Source of the DNA: Sphaerodactylus townsendi
Lineage: Eukaryota
Assembly (NCBI RefSeq): GCF_021028975.2
Contig: NC_059425.1
Location: 110,732,001-110,796,000, forward strand
Length of the DNA: 64,000 bases
Direction of reading: 5' to 3'
Positions 14,671 to 27,141 of the stretch are shown piece after piece (position 1 is the first letter of the stretch; the number at the start of each line of letters is the position of its first letter). A model generated the notes under the pieces. It saw only the letters and a program-made list of their open reading frames with translations, was not told where the DNA came from and made no database searches. The position numbers were made by a program, and so were the translations under genes.

Positions 14671-14896
14671 GCTGCTCAAGAAAGTCGCCTTCTGATCGAT
14701 GGTGCCAAACATTTCGAACTTCAGGAAGTGCTGGACTCTCACATCTATCGTAACCGCTTGCAATATCTGGTGTCCTGGAAAAGCTATTTACCTGGACAGA
14801 ATGAGTGGGTCAATGCTGATGACATCAAAGCCCCTCGTCTCATTAAAGAGTACCTGTCCAAGCAAACTGGGGGGAGGGCCCTAGGGGAAGCGGAAA
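14671..14896 (+). mobile_element. Gypsy/chromovirus LTR retrotransposon 3' internal remnant: integrase C-terminal chromodomain plus polypurine tract
   Basis: The translation IDGAKHFELQEVLDSHIYRNRLQYLVSWKSYLPGQNEWVNADDIKAPRLIKEY fits the chromovirus chromodomain pattern (Y/F-E-V-E-x-I-L-D-S ... YLVxWKGY ... W ... APxLI). It is followed by purine-rich ggggggagggccctaggggaagcggaaa directly before the LTR. Confidence 0.85.
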
Positions 14897-15208
14897 TGTC
14901 AGGACTGCCACTAGCTGGGAGGGGGGATTGGTTGGGGAACGTTTAGTATTTTGCAGGTGCTGCTTATCTGTTGCGCTCTGGCTCTGGCCTTGCAGCTCTG
15001 CAGTTGGGATGGGCTCTCAGGTTGGACTTTTTCTGCTATCTTGGTTCACATGTGTGTGTGTGTGTGTGGGGTGTGATTTGCTACGACATATTATCAACAG
15101 TTTTGGTGCCTTTTCACCAGAACTGTCTAACTCTGCTCTTTCTCTAATGTCTTCAATAAAATCCTTGAACCCTTCAAGTGAGTTATTGTCTGAGCTGGGA
15201 AACTGACA
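14897..15208 (+). mobile_element. 3' LTR of the chromovirus element (312 bp)
   Basis: Starts TGTCAG immediately after the PPT and ends CTGACA, giving inverted TG...CA termini. Internal AATAAA at 15155-15160. Confidence 0.75.
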
Positions 15209-16949
15209 GGGGGGTAACACTAAAACACTCTAAGCATGTATATGTGTTATCTTTTTGACTAGGATGTTCCTCTCTTTTTCTTAACCTGGGAGTTACCCTC
15301 TGACCTTTCTCCTCTCTCTGTGTGTCCACTGTTCTTTCCACTCTCCACATGGCTTCCATGAAGTCACATGTGTCCACAGGTCACTGGTCTCTCCTGCAGA
15401 AACAATGAGTCATACTTGCACCTACATGAATAGCTGACCATTTTTTACAGGGAAAAGTACTCCTTAGATTAGGTTTCTCTTTCTTCCTTTTGACTGCAGC
15501 CTGAATTGGAACAGAATCCATTTGATTAAATTTAAGTTTTACTTTTTGCAATTTACTTCTTGGGAGGATTGATTTACTGCACTCAATTTCACACTTCCAC
15601 GATTGGGCAAACTCTGCTGTATTAACCAAATATACCCAATAAGAACATCTGACAAGTACACCAGGCTACTTTTAATTTTTCTCCTGCCATTCCACATGAA
15701 GAGGGGCAATGGAACCCAGGTGCTTGATAGCCCTAGCTTAGAAGGGTGTAAATATGTAACTCGTGTAAGGCATATTTTTTCCTGATAAACATAGAAGGTT
15801 CATTTAAAATAGAGATCAAGAATCATTTTAACCTGACACTTAGCATTCTGTAATTTTTTTTAAAAAAACCAACCTTGCCATGTCTTCTATTTACAATTAT
15901 CTCTGCTATGATGAGGTTCAGCTTCAGTGCTGATGGACAATGGGGGCTTTTTTCTGTTTCCCCACAACATGGAGTGCATTTGTGTACATCTTAGGGTGGG
16001 GGATGCACCCCTCGCCTGACCCAGTGCTGCTGGGTGTGCCACCTCTCCTTCCCCTGATGATTTTATGCCGTTATGGCTCTCATTAGTTTGAAAGTGGGTG
16101 GCTAATGCTCCCAGGTCACCAGGGTGGCCTCCACTGGGTGAGCTGGTGGGCGGTCCGGCAGCTGGGGGTGGACCTGGGTGAGCTGGGTTGGCTAGGGCCT
16201 GAACTGTCTGGCCCAACCTGAGTTGCCCCCTTCTGGCTCCTCTTCTACTTCCTGTTGCTTCTTTCCTCCCCACTTCTGACTCACTTCTGATTGCTCTAAT
16301 GCACTGACCCCATCTCCCCTTTCTATTCTAACCATAATTATTTCCCACAAATTTGTCCACATGCCCCCCTTTTAAATATTGTTTTTGCTCAGTTTAGTCA
16401 GTTTCATCTTTTGTCCATTTAGGAGGTGATTCATTTGGGGGAAGGGGGCGTTATGTCAGTTGTGACATGGGGAATGATTACCTTAATTTTTATCCTGTGA
16501 CCTAGCTCAGTCTGCCCTGATTGGTCAATGCAAGTGGGGTTTTCCATTTGAAAAACTGCCTCCCTACTTCTCTGAGATTCTCTGATTGGCATTTCTAACT
16601 GGGCCCCATTTTATTACATGTTGGAGAAGTTCTCCATTGCGACTATGCTCAGTGCATTCCCTTCAGCCTCTTTAAATCTGGAAAGGTTAGCACTCAAAAT
16701 GTCATGATCCACCATTTGGAACCACACACCAAAATGCGATCAACCATTGCACACATTTGTATGCCTCCCCAAAAACCTAGAGACCCAGTCTGCAAGAAAC
16801 TTCGGCAACATTAACTTTGCACTCATTTGTCCATTCCTACCAGCGCTCTATCGATAATTTAATTTTGAAAATTAAAAATAACAGTTGGTGAGAAAAGATG
16901 ATGTCAGGTTAGCAGCATGAGTTATTTCTCCTCCAAGGTTATAGTGTTA

Positions 16950-18240
16950 TCCTTGGCATTTAGGTTCATTAAGACCTTTTTATTCTCTTAATTGACTGTT
17001 TTTAATCGCATAGTTATGTAACCTCATCTTATCTGCCTTATTTAACAAGCTGAGCTCTTGCTTAAGTATTTTATGAGCTGTCGAGCTGGTCTCATCCTAA
17101 TTGGGCTTTGTTTTTAACTGAGTTTTATTTCAATTGACTCTCATTGTCATTAACTTTTAAAATTAATTGTTTTTAGTTGTATAGCTATATAGCTGTTAAG
17201 AATTGTACTGTTTTAACTGTTTTATGAACTGGGTTTTATTTTAATCATTTTATGAGCTGAGCTCCCTTCGAAGTTGGCAGAAGATGGCGGCATGAGCAGA
17301 TGCTTGCTGATGACCTCCCCCTCCACTGCTTTAGATAAGTTCTATTTTTATTTGTGCCAGCAGTCATTTGTGTGGAACTGTTTTTATAGTTTTATAGCTT
17401 TTGGGGGAATATTAAGGAGCATTTGAAAGTCCTTGAAACTGTTTTGGGAGAGAACTATTAAGTCTGTCTTTAAAGATGGTAGTGAACCTTTGAATCACTG
17501 ACATTTGCTGCAGCTGTTTGGAACCAGCTGTGGAAGCGGCTGAGTAATGTTTAGTTTTACAGAGACATTAACCATAAAAGTCCAGTTTTCTGTCAAGGAC
17601 TTTGTTTAGCCCTTTTCCTAATAGTAGCCAATTTGGAGAGTCCTAAAGAACCTTCGACTACAAATAGATTAAAAAGCAAAGCTTAAATGGTGGAGTGGAG
17701 CAAGAGTTCTACTCACAAAGTCAGTAAAAGGAGCAAGGAAACCTCAGCTCTCCTCCCCGAACTTGCATGATCAAAAACAGAAGAAACAAATTAGAATTGG
17801 TCAGTACTTGCAAGATAAGACTCCTGTAGAGGAGCTTATGAATGGACTCCCCCTTATTTGAAAGGTTTGCAGCTCTGGAAAATGCTCAAACCTTTTTCTC
17901 AGGAACAACTCTGGAGGAAACCTCTAGGATTCCTGTAATATGAGTCAGGGATACTTCTGGTTTAACACCTGAGTTGTCAACGATGCTGGAAATTTTCTCT
18001 AATCAAACTGAACTAATCCCCAAGACCTTGAAACTGCTATTGGAGAACCTTAGGAGTATTGGAGTAAAACTGGACACTATAAATAACTCCCACCAGCTAG
18101 CAAAACAATCTGACCAATGAGCCTCCCCAGGTGGTCAGCAATTTCGTGAATGGTTAACTTCCCCGCAAGGTGGAGAAATATTTCCCAATCATTATGACTG
18201 CACACTTAAGGCAAGCTAGTTCAAAAATAATCAGGCAAAA
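16950..18240 (+). mobile_element. Possible decayed 5' region (internal promoter plus ORF1) of a non-LTR retrotransposon
   Basis: A T-rich leader, then the YY1-type motif AAGATGGCGGC at 17281, then broken coding-like stretches KKQIRIGQYL and FERFAALEN that resemble LINE ORF1 motifs. Confidence 0.35.
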
Positions 18241-18283
18241 CATTGTGGTAAAAGTATTTATTCAAGAAGGTCTGGAGCTGGTA

Positions 18284-18811
18284 CAGTGGCGGAGCACCAA
18301 GGGGACAGGGGGTGCATCGTGCACCAGGAGTATGCCTGGGAACAGAAAATCACCCCCGGCCACTCCCCCTTTTCCCTGCAGCCCCCCCGCGGCGCCCCCC
18401 CCACGGCACTCACACACCCCGTTCTCTTCCCACACTTACCTACATTCCTTGTCTTGTTTTTTAGTATTTTTTGAGGCTGAAAAAAGCAGCCTATTTACAG
18501 TTCAGGCTACAAACTGCCTGAGGAACTACAGTTCCCAGGAGACCTTGGGGCTCACATTTTGGATGCTTCTGGAAAGTATAGTTCGTCAGGCAGTTTTTTC
18601 CCTGAACTGTGAAGAGGCCGCTTTTTTCAGCCTCAAAAAGTACTAGAAATAGAAAAGTAGCGATAGGGAGTAAGAAGTGTGGGAAAGAAGAGTGGAGGAG
18701 ACCAATGATGCTATGTAAGGCTATGTGAGGCACAGAACTGCGATAGAGCCATGGGGAGACAGAAAAAAACACACTGCGCACCGGGTGTAGTTTGGCCCAG
18801 CTACGCCTCTG
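18284..18811. mobile_element. Non-autonomous hAT-type TIR element
   Basis: Termini CAGTGGCGGAGC / GCTACGCCTCTG, TSD AGCTGGTA / AGCTGGTC (7/8). Long internal inverted repeat at about 18460-18650. Confidence 0.8.
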
Positions 18812-18890
18812 AGCTGGTCTATCATTATTATTTCAATCATCTAATCTATCATTGCTTTCTCAATCACCTTGATAACTGACTGCATCACTT

Positions 18891-18955
18891 TTCTGTAGGG
18901 GCAGCTGTTTCTGTAGGGGCAGCTGTAGGGGCAGCTTTTCTGTAGGGGCAGCTGT
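18891..18955. repeat. Short tandem repeat (ctgtaggggcag) x4
   Basis: Directly visible, with variable t-rich linkers. Confidence 0.9.
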
Positions 18956-19470
18956 TGGGAATGAATTACTGACTCTTTTAGTGAATGAGGGAAGGTGCTC
19001 TTAGTCAGTGATTAATTTAAGATAGACATAAATGTCTAATTTATGAGGTCCTTACATGATTTCAGCAACCAAAATGGACAAGGATCCAGAGCACAAATGG
19101 TAACCTTTACAGATCCCAAGATTCTGTCAGCAACCATTATGATAAGTAGGTCAACATGAATCAATTCACCAGGTTGGCCTCTCAAAGTCTATTTCATTTC
19201 AACAGGAGGCGGGGGTTCATGTGTTCTTCTGGCTTCACAACTATCTTCTTTGTAACCACATCCTTCTGGAACTCTTCTCATTTTGTAGGAATACTGATCA
19301 GTGATAAATTGCCACTTCAAGGTCTTTTCATACTCAGATAAGGCTCAATGACTGGCAAGAAAATAATTCATGTGAAGTGTATCAAACTGATCTTTCTATT
19401 AAAATGATAATGAAGCCTTGGTGTTTATAGGTATGGCAAAGATTTCATTAAGTATGCTTCATTTGAGGGT

Positions 19471-19562
19471 GAACCTGTGTCCAAAAGGTGCACAACAGTC
19501 GATTCCCTGTATCCAAAAGGTGCACAACGGTCGAACCTGTATCCAAAAGGTGCACAATGGTC
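19471..19562. repeat. Minisatellite, ~30-bp unit x3
   Basis: Three copies of gaacctgtatccaaaaggtgcacaacggtc with minor variants. Confidence 0.9.
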
Positions 19563-21084
19563 AATTACTCATGCGAAATATCAAGGTTTCAGCAAGAACT
19601 CCCCACTGCTTAACTGCCGAACACGTATTCATCCCGGTTCTGGCGAGCGCTCTCTCCCTTATCACATGTTTTTTAGAAACCAACATGGAAGTGCACCTTT
19701 TAAAAAAAACACATACCAAAGCCGGATCGGTGGGGAGGTTCAGGGGACAGAAACTAGATTTATTTTCCCACTGTAGGGAGTGACGTGGAACCTTCCAGCC
19801 AATCAGAGTGCAGTATGCTGTGCGCGAAGCACGCGCAGCCCATTTTTTTGTTTCATGCTGGTGGCAGCTATGTTGAAACATGGCTACATGGAAACGTGTT
19901 TTGACTTGTGTGCCAACTGTGAATTGTAAACAGAAATTATTATTATTATTATTTATTAAATTTAATAGACCGCCCTACCCCCGAATTAGACTTTAGTGCC
20001 AATAAAGCTGCATGGTAAAGAGTTTAGAAAATGTAAAAAGCCGCACATAAATGTAGCTTCCATCTACGCACATACATAGTGACGTAGCTGCGCAAAAAAA
20101 GTTTAAAAAATCCCACCCCACCCCACCTTAATAGCCAATCAGGACATGGAAGAACAGAGCCGCTAAGCAGAGCACACGTTCGTGGGGAATGCTGCATTGC
20201 TTGAAACCGTGATATATATTGAGGTCTTCACTAGATACATTCTGCAGTAGGGAGGGATGAAAAGGTGCTGTTTCTTTTGAAACCTGGTTGTATCTGGCTT
20301 TAATTTCTCAGAGGGGAAATGGCCACTATTCTTTGCTCATACAAATTGACTTCATGAAAAAAATGCCAGTTGCATTGCTCAAAAGCCATGACAACACTAG
20401 AGCATTATGGGCATGGGCTATTTCTAAGGAAGACTTGAAATGATTTCTATAGGATCCAGCTGTTAATTGTAGTTCACAGAAATTATTTCTATGGGTTTTT
20501 TTTTTAAGGGGGATGTGAAAAGTGGGGTGGGCAAATATATATATAAAATCAGCCTTTGGGGTTTTTTTTCTAAAATTGTAGGTGTTATTAGGCCTAAACC
20601 TGAAAAATCTGTCTGCCTCCGGTCTCCACATGGTCTGAAAGTGGCATGCGGAGCAGAGGTGAACTTATGACACCTGCTGCCTCAGAGACCCATGTAATTT
20701 TTGGAAGCAGCGGCACAGAATAGACCTCTGGGCTTGGGCAGGCTGAATCCAGTGTTCAACTGTAGGTGCCATCTCTAATTTCCAAATTAACTTCAGAGGA
20801 AGCACTTGCAGTTGCCTGCTGGACCAGGTGAGGCTGAGCCCAGAATTGGATTGCGTGCACCACTTCTGCACTTGTAGCAGATCCTTCCAAAAAGCAACAA
20901 AAAGAATGTGGCTGCTATATTGGGGCTTGTGACCAACCTGAAGAAATTCTGTGATCTACCTAAGAGTCACAATCCATGGGTTGAAGGCCAGACTTTTAAA
21001 GAGCACAAAGGGCAGTGACCTGTTCTCTCCAGTGGAATTTTGCAGGTAGAAGCAGGATATCATAGTAAATGCCGGGGATAAGAG

Positions 21085-21218
21085 CAGTGGTGGGATTAAG
21101 CAGGTTCGCACCATTTTGGTAGAACCAGTTGTTAAAATGGTGCTTGTAAACAATCAGTTAAATTATTTGAATTTCCATCACCAGAACTGGTTGTTAAATT
21201 ATTTGAATCCCACCACTG
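21085..21218. mobile_element. hAT MITE of the CAGTGGTGGGATT terminus type
   Basis: TIRs CAGTGGTGGGATT / AATCCCACCACTG. Perfect 8-bp TSD GATAAGAG at 21077-21084 and 21219-21226. Confidence 0.92.
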
Positions 21219-21937
21219 GATAAGAGTTCTAACCCAGTCTTCTCCCTTACATGCTTGTTTTTTTTGTGTGTGAATGTGTGGGGAACAATTTATCATATCA
21301 ACCCCCTATGTAGTCTGAACTATGTAGCCATATTTAATCTCTACAAGAGTCATCCCTATACGGTCATTGATCAATGGATTAATTACTTTAAATCCACTGT
21401 TCAATTTGTATTTCTAATCTATTAAAATGACTGCAAATATTAGAGGCCCTGGAATGGAGCAAAAATAAATCTTTAAACAGAAATTCAAAGATTTTATCTT
21501 CGAAGAAAGAAATTAATAAGGAAAGTTATATTAAAAATATATCAGAACTTTCACGTTATGTAAATCTGTTTCTTCTATCATCTGCAATTATATGGCGCAA
21601 TTGGCAAAGTGTACAATGTAGTTAAAAGCCAATCAATTTAGAGCTGATTAAAGTACACTCGTTTTAATAGCCAACTCACAAAACTTTCAGCAGATACATA
21701 AAAGATTAAAGCATAACAGGAATTATAAAGGGTTAGGCTTTTGGTGGTATCAAAATTGCCATCTTGCATTGGTCTAGATGAACAAAAAGGGAAAAAAGCT
21801 TTTGTAGCTGGACATAAGTCTAGTTCTCATCATTGTCAAATAATTGAGCTAAAGGAATTGGTTATAATGGATCCCTATATATATAGGATTTATTACATTT
21901 CTGAGAACTAATATAGTATAGCTCTTTTTATGGCATA

Positions 21938-22895
21938 CTAATAGCCAAGCCCATTTTAGCCTGCAATAAAATGGGTTTTAGACTGGGGGGGGGGAAGGGT
22001 GTGGGTGGCGGACTAGACGGGCTGGTGGCAGATTTTTCTGCCCAATTGCCTTCTCCAGCCCCACCCCGGCCGCCCTCAGCATTTCTCCTGCCACTTTTCC
22101 CACCCCTGCCAATTCACTCTGGTGCTGCTGTGGCTGGGCCTGATCCATGGCTTGCTGCTGGGTCTGCCTCCTCCCTGCTGTCACTCCATACTGCTGCAGC
22201 TCTTCACACCTCTCAAGTGGGTTGTTCCACTAGGCCCAATTGGCTGTTGGGTGGGAAGGGCAGGGGGGGAAGTGAGAGAGTGATCTTGCCCTGGCAGAGC
22301 AGCTGGCATCAAGGTGCCACTGCTCCACCAGGTTGTTGGGGGAGGGGTATTGGGATTGTGGAGGATGCAGGTTGTCTCAGGCCCAATGGAGCAGCAACTG
22401 CCAAGGACCCACTGCTCCTCTGGGGTGGGTTAGTTGTTGGAAGTGGGGAGAGGATGAGGGGAACCTGGGAGGGTAGTATAGGGGCCAGCAGAGCAGTGGG
22501 CAACAAGGTGCAGCTGTTTCACCAGACCATGTTGGTTTGGGGGAGTCAGGGGAAAGGGGGTGGGCGGTCTTGGGTCTGGTAGAGCCATGGGCAGTAAGGC
22601 GTCACTGCTCTGCCAGGCCAGTGTGGTTTGTGGGGGTGGTGGGCAGGCCAGTAGGAAGCAGGAAAGTGGTTGTGGGTGGGGAGAGTGGTGACGGGGCTGG
22701 CAGGGAGGAGGGCTTCCTGGCACCCTGACTGCCAGATTGGGCTTGCTGCTGGATCGGGGAAATGCAAGTGGAGTTGAGACTGGAATGTGAGGGATGGTCC
22801 TCCCACCAATGGGTGCACAGGACTGAGTATGCCAATTGCTGGCAGGTTCATTGTCAGAAGGTGGCAATTGGTGGCCGGTTTGGAAATTATGCATG
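21938..22895 (-). mobile_element. Probable degenerate Helitron of a second family, G-rich interior on the + strand
   Basis: The minus-strand 3' end reads CCCATTTTAttgcaggcTAAAATGGG-cttggctaTTAG|t, a 9-bp hairpin just before a CTAG-like end. It borders a sharply delimited GC-rich block. The 5' end is not clearly identifiable. Confidence 0.45.
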
Positions 22896-23444
22896 GTAAA
22901 ATATCTGAACTATTATCAAAGAGTTATCTGTGAGTTTATCTATTTGCTAAAACAAAATTTGGTTTTAAAATGCCAGCACCAAAGACCAATGATCAAAATG
23001 TTCAAAGTATGAGCTTTCAAGTTAACCAGAAATATACAGCCATGTTAGGCTTTCTTTATAAAACTCATTGGAAGTATCTAGTTGTACTTCTGAGATGACT
23101 GTATTGAAACAGTTAAGTCACCCATGACTTAATGGCGAAAAAAAATGTTGGGGGGGATTGATTGTTAATTGGCACAATAGTGGTCACATAAGAAATTATG
23201 TTTCAATGAAACTTAGTCAGCTAAGGTGACCTGTCTGGAGAAAAAGGGAATTAAATCTGCCTTCAGGATTTATTTATGGTAACTGAGGTTTAGCTACAAA
23301 ATGATTGCTCTTGTTGGGGAAAACTTGTAACCAATGGTGGATGAAGCTGAGAAGCAGTTTAGTTCATATACTGAAGCATTTCCACAAAAGATCCTTACCT
23401 TAATATTTTATTTTCTGTCAAATAAACATGTTTCTGTTAAATAA

Positions 23445-23818
23445 ACAGATTTATGGAGAAGTCGATCTATGGCTACCAATCTTGATCCTCCTTGATTGCA
23501 AATGCCTTAGCAGACCAGGTGCCCGGGAGCAGCAGCAGCAGAAGGCCATTGCTTTCACATCCTGCATGTGAGCTCCCAAAGGCATCTGGTGGGCCACTGC
23601 GACTAGCAGAGTGTTGGACTATCAGTTGTGGCAAACCTATGACACTCCAGATGTTCATGGACTACAATTCCCATCAGTCTCTACCAGCATGGCCAATTGG
23701 CCATTCTGGCAGGGGCTGATAGGAATTGTAGTCCATGAACATCTGAGTGCCATAGGTTCACCACCACGGGACTAGATGGACTCTGGTCTGATCCAGCAGG
23801 TTTCTTATGTTTGTATGT
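23445..23818 (+). mobile_element. CR1 LINE 3' end (ORF2 tail plus 3'UTR), interrupted by a MITE
   Basis: agatttatggagaagtcgatctatggctac resembles the RFMEEKSIxGY ORF2 end. The tail reads ggactctggtctgatccagcagg..cttatgtt. Confidence 0.7.
23623..23769. mobile_element. hAT MITE (near-perfect palindrome) nested in a CR1 3'UTR
   Basis: Reads CAGTTGTGGCAAACCTATGACACTCCAGATGTTCATGGACTACAATTCC ... GGAATTGTAGTCCATGAACATCTGAGTGCCATAGGTTCACCACCACGG, with axis at atggccaattggccat. The host CR1 sequence ggacta is duplicated on both sides as an imperfect TSD. Confidence 0.85.
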
Positions 23819-25018
23819 GTTGTTCATCATCACCTGCGTCTTGTCTGCCTGCTCCCAAATCTATGAAAAATTATCTCTACATACTTCATAAATAGTCGCA
23901 GGTTTGGGCCAATTATGCACAAGGTATCTGCTGCGCAATGGGGAAAAATGTGCATTACCACAAGCTTTCTTGTACGGACGTATTTTCTCAAGCCCTGCTT
24001 TTATTTCTAGCACGTATTTAATTTTGCTTCACAGCCAGAGTGGGCAGAGTTGCCAGAGAGCAGGGTTTTGCCCCAGACCTCGTCCCTCTGCCCACACTCA
24101 GCCCACCTAGTCTCAGCCCCCACTCTTTCATCCTGCTTTCTACACTTTCCTCTCTGCCTCTCTAAATGTTTGTATTGATACATTGAACAGAACAACACAA
24201 GCAGGGCCTCTTTCTGGCTTTACGCCACTTCCCCCACTCTGCTTCTCCCTTCTCTGATGAATGGGAGGACATTTTAACAACTTTCTTTCAGACATGCTTC
24301 TATTTTAAAAACAAGCACCTCTCTTTGGCTTTTGCAAAGGAAAAACACAAGTAGGGTCTCTTTTTGTCCCTACCCCACTTTCCCCGCTCTGGTTCTGCCC
24401 TCCCCAATGATGGGGAGGACTTTTTACAACTTTATGTCAAACAAGACTGTATTTTAAAACAATGTCCTTGGTTGCAGCAGCAGCAGCAGGAAGAGAAAGA
24501 GAGAGAAAGAGAGAGTGTGTGGAGAGGAAGGAAGAGGGATCTGGCACATGGTCTCCTTCTTTAGCAGCATGTGGTCCAGGGAATGGCTTTGCCTCTTTCT
24601 TTTTGGGGCCGGGATATGTTTTTTGGGGGGAAAGGCTACAGTATCAATATACTTGCTATCACAGATGTATAGATATAAATACAATGTAAAGGGATTTAAC
24701 AAAGCTCATTACCATGCAATTACAAGTGGTAATTAGATCTATGCCTTTAAGAGGAGTTGATGGGCAGAGTTTAGAAAACCAGGAAAAACTGCAGAGGCCT
24801 ACTGAGACCAGCAATCTAGCTTCTGGGCAGGCAGAGAATGGCCTCGCATGTGTAAACAGAAAAACTGGAGGAGACCCCTTTGCAACCCCTCTGTATACTG
24901 AAGAGCCCCTAAAGAGCCCTTAGGTAAGTGTTCTACGCTAGGCCCTTGGTCTAGTAGGTTCCCAAACAAGAGACCTTCAGACAGAGGCATAGCGGGACAA
25001 AATGGCACCACCTTTAGG

Positions 25019-25730
25019 CAGAGGCGTAGCGGGGCAAAATGGCACCACCCCCACAGACCCCCGTGACCCACTTACTTGAGCCGGCAGCTTGAGGAGCACC
25101 CAGTGGGCCTGCAGAAGGCCAGCAGGCATGCGCTCCAATGGAGGTGGGGTGGTCCAGCAGCAGCCTGCCATGGCTGGGTGCTCCTCAACTCTAGGGGTAC
25201 CCAGCGGGCCTGCAGAAGGCTGCCACCCACCCCACCTCCTTAGCCCAACTGGCAGGCCTCAGCCCAACCGGCAGGCTGAGCAAGAGGGGGCAGGCAGGGC
25301 CAGCAGCTGGAGCCTGGACTGTTCCTGTGTGGAGCAGCCAGCCAGGCCCTGCCCGCACAGGTGCAGTCCAGGTTCCAGCCGATGGCCTGGCCAGCCCGCC
25401 CCCTCTTGCTCGGCTTGAGAAGGCCCGTCTGTTGGCCGGAGCCTGGGCTGCACCTGCACACGTGGGGGCTGGCTGGCTGGCTGCTCTGCGCAGGCGCAGC
25501 CCAGGCTCCCGCCAATGGTCCTGCTAGCCCACCCCTCTAGCTCGGGCCTGTGTGGAGCAGCCAGGTGTCACTGACAACCCAGTTGGCCTCCCCTTGCTCA
25601 CGGAGTCCCACCAGCTGAGGGAACAGTGGGTGATGGGTCACAGGTGTGGGGGGCACCCAGGCCCATATGACTCACTAGGGGGCACCCAGAGCATTTATCT
25701 CCAGATGTCCCCATTATGGCTGGGCCACTG
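25019..25730. mobile_element. Non-autonomous hAT-type TIR element (CAGAGGCGTA.../...GCCACTG termini)
   Basis: Perfect 8-bp TSD CCTTTAGG at 25011-25018 and 25731-25738. GC-rich interior with inverted ~70-bp units. Confidence 0.85.
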
Positions 25731-27141
25731 CCTTTAGGGAGCACATAGCTAACATGCGACCAACCTTTTAATCAAAGTTGTGTCCCTTTTTTACCTGATT
25801 ACGGGCAGTTGGGATTTAAAGAATCCATAGGAGAGGCTAGAATAGGTGATTTGAAATTCTTCATGCCTATGGGCAGTTGCCTTGAGAACCCTGTCCTTCC
25901 CTATAGCTGCCACGATTGTTATTTTTTGCTTATATTTTTGAAATCTCAGTAAAAATAAAAGTTATGAGAAGAGTTGGAGACAGACACAGACTTGCATGAA
26001 ATCTTAATCAGAGTTACACCTTTCATAGTCCATTGAAGTCAATGTTTAATTGTTGATTTTATTTTTTTATATATACATGTATTTTTAAAGCAGCTTTTAA
26101 AGTTTTGATTGCTTTGGAAGCCCTAAGTTGGGTGGAAAGGCAGCATGAAATTTTTAAACACATGCTAACTCTGTTTAGGGTTGCGCTGCCAGAGAGCAAT
26201 CCTAAACAAGTCTACTCAGAATCCTACTCAGGCCTATTCAATAGGGCTTGTTCAAAGGAAAACATTCTTAGAATTGCAGTGTAAGTTCATTTAGATCAAA
26301 TGCACAAATATTCAAGAGTTCTGACAGCTCACCAGCTCAGATACAACATCCCATCTCTCAGGATTGTATCTTACAGATTATGTCACTACAGGGCCACTCA
26401 TCTTAGTGGCATTAACTGATTTACTGCAGTGGCCCACCGGGAAATTTCCCAGAAAGTTTAATGGCCAGTTCACTCTTGCTTGTGCTTACCCTCTTGAAAT
26501 GATAATAGCAGCACTACTAAATGCTTAAAAAGTACACAAATCAAACTTTTGGTTTTTATTTAGGAAAAAAATAGCAAATGTATTAAGAACACTGACCAGA
26601 AAGTTATTAAAAGCTTCATAGCAAAATATTTAGCCAACTTCGTTACAACATATAGGCTTGAGAGTCTAACACTATGCCTTAATTCACTGGTCAAATAATG
26701 CTATTGAAACAGAAACATTGCATTGGTGGGATATGGAGTTTGAAATCAATACAACAGTTTTTTTCTTTCATGGTCAACTGAAGTAGAACATTTTGACATA
26801 ACTAATTATTTTGGGATAAACTATTAATATAATTCCTGAGTTATTTAAGTAAGAATATGAAATATCTGCTAAAAGGACCAAATAACATGATGATCCTATT
26901 GGTGAAACCTCAAGGTACGCTGGACTAAGGTGGGCTGTCAATGAGAGCAGGTTCTTTGTGAAACACAAAGGAGTTCTCTTGTTGACCAGTTCAAATTTCA
27001 AATTTCCTTAACCATGAATATCTTCATGAGCGACCTGATTAGTGAATTTATGTTTGCCTTTCAGGTTGTCAACTTTTGTGACATTATATTGCTTATCTCT
27101 GCATTAAATTATTTTATAATAGTCACACATATGGTCTACAG

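Noticed and set aside
19471-19562. ~30-bp repeats superficially like a CRISPR array
   Set aside because: The repeats are head-to-tail with no unique spacers, there are no cas genes, and the DNA is vertebrate. It is a minisatellite.
21971-22894. 203-aa Gly-rich and 154-aa Pro-rich ORFs
   Set aside because: This is a low-complexity, G-rich repeat interior that is stop-poor by composition, with no recognisable domain.
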